Part shown: positions 1 to 8,755 of the stretch, piece by piece
Layout: each line of letters starts with the position of its first letter
How positions within the stretch are numbered: position 1 is the first letter of the stretch
IMG/VR virus record: IMGVR_UViG_3300015370_000568
Location: 32,001-96,000 of that record
Length of the DNA stretch: 64,000 bases
Direction: 5' to 3' (one strand)
Origin: a virus
The notes under the pieces: generated by a model
Told to the model about the DNA's origin: nothing
The model's input: the letters and a program-made list of their open reading frames with translations, nothing else
The model's database searches: none
Translations under genes and position numbers: made by a program

Positions 1-2
1 AA

Positions 3-245
3 GAGCTTCGTAAAAGACTACCAAATCTTGAAAAAGATCTTGTTCAGATTCCTATATCAGAAGATCACTATAAAACAATAGGATTGTTAGAAATTGATTC
101 TGAAGGAATCTTAATTGGAATCCCAGGAGCCAGGGGTATGTCTCCGAACGCCAAAATGGAGCCTATAGTAAGATATCAGCTTCAAAAATCAGGGTTTTAT
201 CTAAAGCTTGAAAAGCTTAAGAAGGATTCAAAGACCAATATGTAA
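3..245 (+). CDS. 3' part of hypothetical protein (runs off window start)
   Basis: Open frame from base 3 (ELRKRLPNLEKD...KTNM) to TAA at 243-245. Confidence 0.6.
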   Translation, partial: ELRKRLPNLEKDLVQIPISEDHYKTIGLLEIDSEGILIGIPGARGMSPNAKMEPIVRYQLQKSGFYLKLEKLKKDSKTNM

Positions 246-260
246 TTCTCGATAGCAATT

Positions 261-336
261 GGGTCTGTAACTCAAATGATAGAGTTCCGCCCTTTTAAGG
301 CGGGGGTTCTGGGTTTGAATCCCAGCAGGCCCACCA
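261..336 (+). tRNA. trnK: tRNA-Lys(UUU) with encoded CCA
   Basis: Acceptor GGGTCTG/CAGGCCC-A-CCA; anticodon arm CCGCC-CT-TTT-AA-GGCGG; T arm CTGGG-TTTGAAT-CCCAG. Confidence 0.95.
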
Positions 337-358
337 CTTAACTATTAAGGAAAGAAAT

Positions 359-562
359 ATGCGCTATTTCCTTCTCCTAGCTTCCTTACTATTCCTCTCC
401 TGTGATATAGACCTTTCCTCTCAAGCAACAAGACAAGTAATCAAACAGTGCTTAATAGCACAGGAAGAGGGATATCTTACCTGTCAGCTAAGAATCATTG
501 GACAAGTTCCAAATATATCTTGTCTATGTAAAACAGTACCTCTATTAGAAACAGGCCCGTAG
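359..562 (+). CDS. small predicted lipoprotein
   Basis: AAGGA SD; MRY + hydrophobic run + FLS-C lipobox-like site; stop lies inside the next tRNA gene. Confidence 0.55.
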   Translation: MRYFLLLASLLFLSCDIDLSSQATRQVIKQCLIAQEEGYLTCQLRIIGQVPNISCLCKTVPLLETGP

Positions 563-626
563 TGTAATGATAACATTGAGGAATTTGGCTCCTCAGTTGT
601 GGGTTTGAATCCTACCGGGCCTGCCA
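553..626 (+). tRNA. trnQ: tRNA-Gln(UUG) with encoded CCA
   Basis: Acceptor AGGCCCG/CGGGCCT-G-CCA; anticodon arm GAGGA-AT-TTG-GC-TCCTC; T loop TTTGAAT. Confidence 0.92.
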
Positions 627-644
627 TTTTTAGAAAGGTTCTCG

Positions 645-1769
645 ATGAATACACTATATCTTCCAGCTCTCTATCATCAAGGTTCTAAAGGAGCCATAGT
701 TCAATGGCAAGTATGGACAGTAAATGATGAAATCCATACTCTCTATGGACAAGTAGATGGCAAACAGCAACAGGCTATGAAGAAAGCAGTAGGAAAGAAT
801 ACTGGAAAGGCTAATGCTACTACTGCAGAAGAACAAGCTCAACTAGAAGCTAAAGCTATGTGGACAAAACGTCTTGAAGGTAAATATAGTGAGACAATAG
901 AAGAAGCCAAAGAGACAGTCTTCTTACCAATGCTTGCTCATAAGTTTGCAGACTATAAGAAGAATTTAGTCTATCCTGTAGATGTTCAACCAAAGCTGGA
1001 TGGTCTTCGTTGTCTTGTGTTTTGGCGAAAAAACAGAGTTTGTTTTTTAAGTAGAGGTGGGAAGGATTATACTTCTCTAGACCATCTAGGTAAGAAAATT
1101 GCCTGCTGGCTACCTAAAGATTTCATTCTCGACGGCGAACTCTATCTCCACGGTCTTACCCTTCAAGAAATTAACCGACGAGTTAAAAAGTATAGACCAG
1201 GAAAGACAGAAGAGATTCAGTACTGGTGCTATGATGGTTTTCCTCTATCAGACCATGATACTCTTCCTTGGCAGCTACGCTTTGCAAGTCTACGAGGTCT
1301 ATGGTCCTCTATCGAGGCAGAAGAAAGAGACCAGTGCAGACTAGTCAGAACAACCACTGTTGATAATGAGGCTGATGTTCTCACTCTTCAACAAGAATAT
1401 ATGCAGACAGGATTTGAAGGAGCTATTGTTCGAGCTCGTACTGGTCCTAATGTCTTCTATACTCTTGGTCATAGAAACCAAGGACTATTAAAAGTAAAGT
1501 CTTTTGATGATACTGAGTTCCCAGTAATAGGCTTCAAGGAAGGTGTTGGCCGATTTGAAAAGGCAGTTGTCTGGACTTGTAAACTGCCCTCTGGCGAAAC
1601 ATTTGACTGTGTTCCTAAAGGCACTATGGAACAAAAGCGAGAATGGTTTGCCAACGGACATAAGTACATAGGCAAACTGCTTACAGTCAAACATCAAGGG
1701 ACTTCTGAAACAGGCGTCCCTCTATTCCCAGTTGGCTTAGGCTTCCGACTTGAAGAAGACCTACCGTAA
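645..1769 (+). CDS. lig: ATP-dependent DNA ligase
   Basis: PMLA, motif I QPKLDGLRC, ILDGELY, FEGAIVR, LLKVKSF, C-terminal OB fold (GVPLFPV). Confidence 0.93.
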   Translation: MNTLYLPALYHQGSKGAIVQWQVWTVNDEIHTLYGQVDGKQQQAMKKAVGKNTGKANATTAEEQAQLEAKAMWTKRLEGKYSETIEEAKETVFLPMLAHKFADYKKNLVYPVDVQPKLDGLRCLVFWRKNRVCFLSRGGKDYTSLDHLGKKIACWLPKDFILDGELYLHGLTLQEINRRVKKYRPGKTEEIQYWCYDGFPLSDHDTLPWQLRFASLRGLWSSIEAEERDQCRLVRTTTVDNEADVLTLQQEYMQTGFEGAIVRARTGPNVFYTLGHRNQGLLKVKSFDDTEFPVIGFKEGVGRFEKAVVWTCKLPSGETFDCVPKGTMEQKREWFANGHKYIGKLLTVKHQGTSETGVPLFPVGLGFRLEEDLP

Positions 1770-1782
1770 GAAAGGATACTCT

Positions 1783-2019
1783 ATGCCCTACAATGCTTTG
1801 AAATGGAAGAAAGGTCCCGACCTTAAGCAAATCAGTCTCTGCTTCAAGGATGAAGAAGGTGAATGGGAACCCATTGTCACACTCTTCCCTATGATTCAAC
1901 CAGGGAATAAGATTCTCTGGTGGGAAGCCACCATTGTTACCTCTTCATGGGCTGGCTCTTGGCGTACTCTCAAGGAAGCTAAGCAAGCAGTAGAAGCCTA
2001 TGTAAAGACTTGGTATTAG
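1783..2019 (+). CDS. hypothetical protein
   Basis: ORF; AAGGA SD precedes ATG at 1783 (MPYNAL). Confidence 0.6.
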   Translation: MPYNALKWKKGPDLKQISLCFKDEEGEWEPIVTLFPMIQPGNKILWWEATIVTSSWAGSWRTLKEAKQAVEAYVKTWY

Positions 2020-2032
2020 AAAGGAAAGAGCA

Positions 2033-2239
2033 TTGATTGTCTGTGTAAATTGTAAACAAGAAATGCAATGTACTAAGAATGGAGTAGGCATTGACTTTGG
2101 CAATGGACATATCTATGCCGGGGATAAATACTCCTGTTCTCAGTGCAATGCTACAATCATTCGAACTAACGCTGCCTCACATCATGACCCTGAATATACT
2201 TTTCATGATGAATATCTAAGAATGCCAGCCCTATTATGA
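2033..2239 (+). CDS. small zinc-ribbon protein
   Basis: CVNC...CSQC pairs; SD AAGGA before TTG. Confidence 0.6.
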   Translation: MIVCVNCKQEMQCTKNGVGIDFGNGHIYAGDKYSCSQCNATIIRTNAASHHDPEYTFHDEYLRMPALL

Positions 2240-2859
2240 GACGATTAGAATATTCCATAGTAGCTGAGTTTACAGCATTACCTCATGATATCAGAGATAT
2301 AGACTATTGGAGTAACCAAGTTCCTCTAGGCATTACTATTTCTGAACCAGGGGACCATGACTATATCTATCTAGCAGTAGAAGAAGAGTTACCTAATCAT
2401 ACTCCTACAGACCCAGACCAACCTTGTCTGGACTGTCCTATTAGAGAAGAGGACAGCTGTCCTTTCTGGTGCCAGTTTGCCTATAAAGGGCAGGTATTAC
2501 ATGCTTCAGGAATTCTCACTCAGAAAGAATTTGACAAGTGGGTAAGTAATCTGTACTTAGTTGCAGATAGTACTGAGACAATGGGTACTTTAGGAGGTCC
2601 TTTAGCTCCTTGGGGAGGAGTAGTTCCAGATATAGTTTTTCAGTATGAGTCTCAGACAGTTATTGCTTCCATTCGTGTAACTCCTTTTGTAGTAGATGAG
2701 AATAGAGAAGGGGTTCCTATTCCTTGGCGCGAAATGAACAATAACGATTTACTTAAAGCCTATCTAGGCCAAATGACTAGAGAACAATACATGCATAGAA
2801 GAGCAGAACGGTTCTGGATACGACTTAAGAAAGCAATCTGTCAAAAGTATCAGCCCTAA
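2236..2859 (+). CDS. hypothetical protein
   Basis: 207 aa ORF, ATGA-coupled to upstream gene; small Cys cluster. Confidence 0.7.
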   Translation: MRRLEYSIVAEFTALPHDIRDIDYWSNQVPLGITISEPGDHDYIYLAVEEELPNHTPTDPDQPCLDCPIREEDSCPFWCQFAYKGQVLHASGILTQKEFDKWVSNLYLVADSTETMGTLGGPLAPWGGVVPDIVFQYESQTVIASIRVTPFVVDENREGVPIPWREMNNNDLLKAYLGQMTREQYMHRRAERFWIRLKKAICQKYQP

Positions 2860-2875
2860 CTCTATTGGAGAAGAT

Positions 2876-3718
2876 ATGTCTGTATTGACTGTTGCATACA
2901 AAGCATTTACTCACAATCTCTGCTCACCTATTCAAGGCGGCGAGCCGATTTGGGATGGAGCACTACCGTTCAGTCTGCCTTCGGTTATAATGGATAAATC
3001 AGATAAGAAATGTAGTTATGGCTGGAATGCTGCCAGAGACCCTAAAACTGTAATCCAGATTGCTGGTCTTTGTCCAGGTGGATGGCCGGTACGACTCTAT
3101 TGTGTTGAAACTAAGGGTAAAGTCATTGAGAGAGGGGATAAATTACGTGCTTCAACATGGCGGATTGTTAAGGAAATACCAGTTCAACCAGTGATAGAGA
3201 GCTTTTCTCAAGAGGCATTTTCAGCACAGCATACTAAGATTATGAGCAAAGAGCAAATAGCATGGTATCAAGCTCTCGGACGTCCTCAATGGTCACTGTC
3301 AAAGGTAATTCGAGGCCTTGAGACCTCATTGAAAGCTAGAGGCTTGAACTGGACCCTTCAGCGTTTTGAGTCTGCTGGAGCTGTCTGGACTTTTAGAGCG
3401 GCTGCTCCTATTTGGCCTACTAATAATGCCTGGAACATCGTAACTACCGAAACTGGTCTACACTGCTTAAACAAAGATACTAGGGAGGCTACTAAAAAAA
3501 TTAGGAATACCTGGTTTCCCTGGCCTACTTGTAATATTCAGACCTCCTGGGCTGCTGGAGATGCTTGGGCCGCATTATTAGTTCAATATGCTGCGCGAAA
3601 TAACTGGATCTCACATCGCCCAGACCTACTAACTGTCGGTTTACGATCAGCATATCGACATGGATTAGCAATTGCCTTACCAGTTGGGGCAGACACACTA
3701 GGCTGGGCAATGATATAA
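2876..3718 (+). CDS. phage hypothetical protein with Trp/Ala-rich (AWAA-type) segment
   Basis: GGAG SD; YKAF...DKLRA N-domain and WAAGDAWAA remnant typical of phage low-complexity proteins. Confidence 0.7.
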   Translation: MSVLTVAYKAFTHNLCSPIQGGEPIWDGALPFSLPSVIMDKSDKKCSYGWNAARDPKTVIQIAGLCPGGWPVRLYCVETKGKVIERGDKLRASTWRIVKEIPVQPVIESFSQEAFSAQHTKIMSKEQIAWYQALGRPQWSLSKVIRGLETSLKARGLNWTLQRFESAGAVWTFRAAAPIWPTNNAWNIVTTETGLHCLNKDTREATKKIRNTWFPWPTCNIQTSWAAGDAWAALLVQYAARNNWISHRPDLLTVGLRSAYRHGLAIALPVGADTLGWAMI

Positions 3719-3730
3719 GGAGAAGCTATA

Positions 3731-3979
3731 ATGTCAGAGAACACGCTCAATACCACTGTTATAACTGAGACAGAGATGCATGTTGATATCAGCCGTTCTC
3801 AACTACAAGAGTTCCTAGCTCAGGTTACTAGAGTAGAAGGCTTCCTAGATAAGGAAATTCATACCATAGAGATTAAGCCTATTACGAGTGGGGGAAACCA
3901 TACTGCTTTCAGGGTAGTAGCTAAGAAACGAGTATGCCAATTAATTAGCAACTCTCCTATAGCTAACCATGATTATTGA
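3731..3979 (+). CDS. hypothetical protein
   Basis: AAGGAG SD, 82 aa ORF. Confidence 0.65.
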   Translation: MSENTLNTTVITETEMHVDISRSQLQEFLAQVTRVEGFLDKEIHTIEIKPITSGGNHTAFRVVAKKRVCQLISNSPIANHDY

Positions 3980-4005
3980 CAAAGTGTTACTTGTTAGACT
4001 ACAAT
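3976..4005 (+). promoter_or_regulatory. sigma70-like promoter
   Basis: TTGACA-N18-TACAAT spanning one of the few intergenic gaps; followed by hairpin TGCAGG-cgagagga-CCTGCA (4006-4025) covering the SD of the next ORF. Confidence 0.6.
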
Positions 4006-4027
4006 TGCAGGCGAGAGGACCTGCAGT

Positions 4028-4375
4028 TTGGTCAATTCCCCTGAACACAATGAAATTCTATTTGACGATGTCAAACACCTATTAGCTGACCTATTAGAAC
4101 GAGCAGTTCGAGATCTATTGATACTAAGTCCAGATGACCCCTATTTTGAGACAGCTTTTGGCCTAATCTTTGATGATGAATATCTTATTTATTTTGATGA
4201 GCCAGATGAAAAAGGACATCAGAAGCCTGACGGAGAAACCCTTTCACTTGACGAGATTCTATCAGTCGTCGATATTGATAAGGAGTTCCTCAGATGTCAG
4301 ATGAGAAAGAGACTATACGAGATGAAGAGACCTCTTGCTTGCCAACTGTTTGGGAAAGAATTGGACTGGAAATAG
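4028..4375 (+). CDS. hypothetical acidic protein
   Basis: 115 aa ORF downstream of promoter, TTG start. Confidence 0.65.
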   Translation: MVNSPEHNEILFDDVKHLLADLLERAVRDLLILSPDDPYFETAFGLIFDDEYLIYFDEPDEKGHQKPDGETLSLDEILSVVDIDKEFLRCQMRKRLYEMKRPLACQLFGKELDWK

Positions 4376-4791
4376 GAGAACTTGTAGCTCAAAAACAAGA
4401 AGCCTATGGAAACTCTTTCGGCCAGGCATATCGAATCCTAGAAGTTCTATTTCCTCAAGGAATAAGTCCTCAAGACTATCATAAAGTTCTATTAATAGCT
4501 CGAGTAATAGATGAACTCTTCCGGTATGTTACTCTCCCTAATGCTTTTGGAGAATCTCCCTGGAGAGATATTGTAGGCTATGGCCTACTTGAAATTGCTA
4601 ACCAGGAGAATAGTCAAGAATATAGTCCCTCAAAGCTACTTGAAATGACCTCAGATGCTCTTGAGACCACTACACAAGCTCTCAAAATTATCAGACAACT
4701 TGCATCTTCCTCTACAGCCCGGGCTAATATAATGGATATAGAGTATGAGGCCGACAAAGCATTGAAATTAACAGTGGAGAACAGCAATTGA
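4294..4791 (+). CDS. nucleotide-modification-associated domain 1 (DUF1599-like) protein
   Basis: LVAQKQEAYGNSF ... RVIDELFR ... ESPWRDIVGYGLL pattern; AAGGAG SD. Confidence 0.7.
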   Translation: MSDEKETIRDEETSCLPTVWERIGLEIGELVAQKQEAYGNSFGQAYRILEVLFPQGISPQDYHKVLLIARVIDELFRYVTLPNAFGESPWRDIVGYGLLEIANQENSQEYSPSKLLEMTSDALETTTQALKIIRQLASSSTARANIMDIEYEADKALKLTVENSN

Positions 4792-5219
4792 AAATCCGTC
4801 TAACTCATGTGACTAATAGTTCATCTTCTAGCTTTCTCTGTCTAGTAAAGAAAGAGGCTGCTAATGAGGTTCTTGATACATATCCTGAGCCAGTAAGAGA
4901 ACTCCTTCTGGAGGAAGTTGCCCGGGAACTTCTTTGTCTAGGTCAAGAGGCTCTCGCTTTTGTAAATATGTATATTCAGAGCTATTCTCTTCATGAAAGA
5001 GAGATGCAAGATAAAGTCACACAGCTACAAGAAAAATATAAGGATCTTCAGGTCCTTGACTGTTATGATCATAGTATCATAGAGATAATTGACAACTTCA
5101 GTCGAGAAGTAGAAGAAAAATATCCTGGGGCAACTTTTTCTGCTCAAATATTTGATGATAATCCTCCAACCTTTTTCTCTAGAAAGCCAGAAGATGATTC
5201 TAATCAGACCGAGTCATGA
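4788..5219 (+). CDS. NSSSSSF-motif family protein 1
   Basis: Starts MKIRLTHVTNSSSSSF. Confidence 0.8.
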   Translation: MKIRLTHVTNSSSSSFLCLVKKEAANEVLDTYPEPVRELLLEEVARELLCLGQEALAFVNMYIQSYSLHEREMQDKVTQLQEKYKDLQVLDCYDHSIIEIIDNFSREVEEKYPGATFSAQIFDDNPPTFFSRKPEDDSNQTES

Positions 5220-6936
5220 AATTATAGAGACAGCTGGAGACGAAAAGCTTGTCGAGAGAGTAGCTCGTACTTGCTATAAGTCTGAGAGTAGAATTACAGA
5301 TGACTCAGCCAATAAGTTTGTCAAAATGCTTCGAGATAGAGGTCATCATGCAATGCTTGAATTTGGCTGGGTATGTGTGAAATTCATATGTGATCGGGGA
5401 TGCTGCTATGATTCCCAGACAGAGGTTCTAACTCAAGGGGGGTGGAAGTACTTTAAGGATCTCATACAAGAAGATAAATTGGCCTGTCTCAATGACTCTA
5501 ACTATCTAGAATGGCACCAACCTCAGACTCTACAGCAATATGATTTCAAAGGAAAGATGCTCTCCTTTCAGACACCTGTAATTGACCTAATGGTAACTCC
5601 AAACCACAAGATGTGGGTATTTGATTACGACAAGTGTTCTTCAAAGACAGGAATGTGGAAATTTCTAGAAGCGCAAGATATGACCAATGGTCACTATGGA
5701 ATATCCAAGACTGCACATTGGCATGGCGAAGAAAAGACAGTCTGTATTCCAGAGCATCCAACAAGACGACTACAATTTCCGGCACTACAATTTGATCATA
5801 TTTTAACTGCAGACCTATTTGAATTACTAGGTCTCTGGGCTATAAATGGATCTTATAGATATAGCACCGGTTGGCGTAGTAGCTCTTCAATTCAGATCTC
5901 ACTAACTGAGCTTTCTGTATATCAAAAGATCAAATCTCTATGTCAAAACCTGGGACTCCGCTGTACTCGTCATAGAAACGAGCTTCATATTGATAATCTT
6001 CGCTTGTTCCAATTTGTCTTGGAATTATTTGGCCAAGGACCAAGGCGGGTTCCTGACCTTATTAAGGAGGCCTCAGCAGCACAAATTCGCCGCTTTTTGG
6101 ACGGAGTAGTTGCAGGAGATAACTCTATCCAGGCCAGTAATGGACATATAACAATCTACACAGCATCAAAACATTTTGCCGACGGTTTACAAGAATTATA
6201 CCTCAAAGTAGGAGGATTATCTGCGAATATTAAAGTAGAATTTCCAAGAGAAAGCGAAATACTTGCTGGAATTTCTACTTCCCCTAATCAAAAGATATAT
6301 CTTGTCTCTGTCCATAAAAGAAAAAGATCTATACATCGCCTTGATCGCAGATCTGCTGAAGCATTTAGAGAACCAGTCAAGTATAGTGGTAAAGTTTACT
6401 GTGCCACAGTGCCTTTCCATCGACTTTATGTTCGTCGCAATGGTAAAGCCTGCTGGTCTGGTAATTCGCATGAACTAGTAAGACATAGACTAGTATCATT
6501 TGCACAAGAAAGCACAAGATACTGTAATTATAGGGGTGGCATAACATTTGTTATCCCTCCCTGGCTAGATTTACCAGAAGGAGAATATAACCTTGACTCT
6601 GAAGAGGTTCACTGTAATAACAAACTAGTTCCTGGTCTATATAAAGCATCTCATCCAGCTGGAAGATGGTTCTGGCATATGATTGATTCACAAAGTAACT
6701 ACCAGGCTCTTCTTACAGTACAAAACTGGACACCTCAACAAGCCAGGTCAGTTCTTCCAAATAGTCTTAAGACAGAAATAGTATGTGCCGGAAATCTTCG
6801 AGAGTGGCGACATATTCTCCAGCTCCGAACCAGTAAAGCTGCTCATCCTCAAATGCAAGAACTAATGGTCCCATTACTCAAAGACTTTCAAACAAGATGG
6901 CCAGTTTTGTTTGAAGACATAGGAGAAAAATTATGA
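5194..6936 (+). CDS. thyX: flavin-dependent thymidylate synthase ThyX, intein-containing
   Basis: ARTCY, GHHAMLE, CDRG|intein|SHELVRHR..SFAQESTRY, ARSVLPN, NLREWRH..LR, AHPQM. Confidence 0.95.
   Translation: MILIRPSHEIIETAGDEKLVERVARTCYKSESRITDDSANKFVKMLRDRGHHAMLEFGWVCVKFICDRGCCYDSQTEVLTQGGWKYFKDLIQEDKLACLNDSNYLEWHQPQTLQQYDFKGKMLSFQTPVIDLMVTPNHKMWVFDYDKCSSKTGMWKFLEAQDMTNGHYGISKTAHWHGEEKTVCIPEHPTRRLQFPALQFDHILTADLFELLGLWAINGSYRYSTGWRSSSSIQISLTELSVYQKIKSLCQNLGLRCTRHRNELHIDNLRLFQFVLELFGQGPRRVPDLIKEASAAQIRRFLDGVVAGDNSIQASNGHITIYTASKHFADGLQELYLKVGGLSANIKVEFPRESEILAGISTSPNQKIYLVSVHKRKRSIHRLDRRSAEAFREPVKYSGKVYCATVPFHRLYVRRNGKACWSGNSHELVRHRLVSFAQESTRYCNYRGGITFVIPPWLDLPEGEYNLDSEEVHCNNKLVPGLYKASHPAGRWFWHMIDSQSNYQALLTVQNWTPQQARSVLPNSLKTEIVCAGNLREWRHILQLRTSKAAHPQMQELMVPLLKDFQTRWPVLFEDIGEKL
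5404..6465 (+). mobile_element. intein in ThyX (354 aa) with degenerate LAGLIDADG endonuclease
   Basis: Begins CYDSQTEVLT, block B VTPNH, ends VYCATVP...WSGN before Ser; endonuclease motifs LLGLWAINGS and FLDGVVAGDN. Confidence 0.93.
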
Positions 6937-7157
6937 CGCTAGCACTACGAATCCTGAATATAGCAATCGCTCTTGCCTGTCTAGGTAATTTACTTAATGT
7001 CTATCTATCTAATGAGAACTCTATGGCTATTCTCGGATGGACTACTGCATTCATGCTTGCAGTAGTAGCAGTAGCAAACAACGAAAAAAGTAATGTTCTC
7101 AACAAGCTAGCAACAAAAGAAGAAAGAAAGGCCGGTAGTCTTGAAAATCAGACTTAG
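6933..7157 (+). CDS. small two-TM membrane protein
   Basis: Two hydrophobic stretches, basic tail, AGGAG SD. Confidence 0.65.
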   Translation: MTLALRILNIAIALACLGNLLNVYLSNENSMAILGWTTAFMLAVVAVANNEKSNVLNKLATKEERKAGSLENQT

Positions 7158-7617
7158 CCATGTAACTAACTCCTCTTCTAGTAGCTTTATAGTCTTGGAC
7201 CCTCATCTAACTAAAGAGCAGCGAGAGGTTCTCGTAAATTATCCTGGCTTTAAGTTTGAAGAGACTACTAGAGTCTGGCGAATTAGTGTTATCTGTAACG
7301 AAGAAGATGTAAGTAATCTACTTGAAGAGCACAGGATTCCCTATAAAGCCAAGATACACTATAACTGTGAAGCTCACATCTTTGATGGAACTTATCTAGC
7401 AGTAATACCCAACTTTGGAGAAGTAGCTAGTATATATGGACTTCGACATGTCCTTCAAGATAGATATCCTTCCCTAACACCTTATAATGAACAGATTAGA
7501 GGAGCAATCAAGATAGTAAACGTGCTAAAAGGAGAACAGGAACTCACTCCTGAGTTAAGAGAAGAGTTAGTTCAAAGGGAAAAAGGATTAGAAGAAAAGG
7601 AAAGGGAATTGCAATGA
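7141..7617 (+). CDS. NSSSSSF-motif family protein 2
   Basis: Starts MKIRLSHVTNSSSSSF. Confidence 0.8.
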   Translation: MKIRLSHVTNSSSSSFIVLDPHLTKEQREVLVNYPGFKFEETTRVWRISVICNEEDVSNLLEEHRIPYKAKIHYNCEAHIFDGTYLAVIPNFGEVASIYGLRHVLQDRYPSLTPYNEQIRGAIKIVNVLKGEQELTPELREELVQREKGLEEKERELQ

Positions 7618-7985
7618 AGATTCTAAAGTATGGCGGCGACCTTTATACAGCAGCAATAATTACTATTAGAGATGGAGCAATTATTGCCTCAGAAGTTAGA
7701 CAACTCCGAATGGCTTCTGTACGACACGAAGGTGTATCAGGGATGATTCCCCTTCTGACACCTCCCGATTTTTGTAATGCTCCTGTATCAACAATGACTT
7801 TTCCCCTAGCTGCTACTGCATACTATGCTGCAGAGGGAGAAGATGAGAAGACCTACCTGGAAATTATCAAACAGACCGAAGAGATTGAACAGTCTCAGAG
7901 AGCTGCTAAGGCAGGTATTGCTCTAGCTGGTAGTATCCCTAGTGGTCTTCCTTCACCAGGAGCTTTACAGTCAGCCTTCAAGTAG
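7614..7985 (+). CDS. hypothetical protein
   Basis: 123 aa ORF, ATGA coupling. Confidence 0.7.
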   Translation: MKILKYGGDLYTAAIITIRDGAIIASEVRQLRMASVRHEGVSGMIPLLTPPDFCNAPVSTMTFPLAATAYYAAEGEDEKTYLEIIKQTEEIEQSQRAAKAGIALAGSIPSGLPSPGALQSAFK

Positions 7986-7999
7986 AAAGGCTAATTCTT

Positions 8000-8224
8000 A
8001 TGCCAATGTTTCGAATAAGTATTTACTGGGCCGACCCAGATGAAATGACTCAACACCATCTATTAGGCACAGTTACTATCGAGGCAAATAATGTCTGGAT
8101 AGCCAAACAAGATGCTATGGATATACTCTGGGACGAAAGACTTAATGCCTGTGCTATTATTGAAGTAGAAGAAATAGAAGCAGAAAAGGAGGAAGAATGT
8201 CACGAATTGCTCGATCCGACTTAA
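8000..8224 (+). CDS. hypothetical protein
   Basis: 74 aa acidic ORF with SD. Confidence 0.65.
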   Translation: MPMFRISIYWADPDEMTQHHLLGTVTIEANNVWIAKQDAMDILWDERLNACAIIEVEEIEAEKEEECHELLDPT

Positions 8225-8409
8225 TAGAGTTTGTAAGAGAAGATGCTCAACAAAACTGTGACAACCCTTTTAGTAGCTGCTATACCGACTGTACTTCTCA
8301 AGACCAAGCTAACTGTACTTCACTGCTCCTGTATAAGCTTCTAAGCAGTATGTCAGATGCCGAAGTAGAATATCATCTGTATGGCGAGCCAGGACTAGGA
8401 GAATTTTAA
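8197..8409 (+). CDS. hypothetical protein, Cys cluster
   Basis: AGGAGG SD; four Cys. Confidence 0.65.
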   Translation: MSRIARSDLIEFVREDAQQNCDNPFSSCYTDCTSQDQANCTSLLLYKLLSSMSDAEVEYHLYGEPGLGEF

Positions 8410-8411
8410 CG

Positions 8412-8753
8412 ATGAAAATTAGGCTGGCACATGTAACTAACAGCAGCTCTCAGAGCTTCTTTATTTGCAGACCTCTAGAAGAAGAGAATAAACCTATCCT
8501 TCTAGCTGTGGATGTCTCTGCAGAGACCAGGACCTTCCATTCTGAAGAAGAGTATGAAGCTTTCATGGTAGACCATGAATGGATTCCAGAGGAAGATTCA
8601 AAAATCCGGGCTGCATTAAGACAAGGAAAAATCATCGAGCTCGTAGAAGGTGATACAAATGAGTACGGTATTAGCCGAAATATTGGACAGGCCATGAGCA
8701 AAGACTTTCTCTTAACAAATGGTGCATATTTAGTAACTAGAGAGGAAAATTGA
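8412..8753 (+). CDS. NSSSSSF-motif family protein 3
   Basis: Starts MKIRLAHVTNSSSQSF. Confidence 0.8.
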   Translation: MKIRLAHVTNSSSQSFFICRPLEEENKPILLAVDVSAETRTFHSEEEYEAFMVDHEWIPEEDSKIRAALRQGKIIELVEGDTNEYGISRNIGQAMSKDFLLTNGAYLVTREEN

Positions 8754-8755
8754 GT

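Noticed and set aside
2876-3718. Diversity-generating retroelement target
   Set aside because: No reverse transcriptase and no template/variable repeat pair seen in the window
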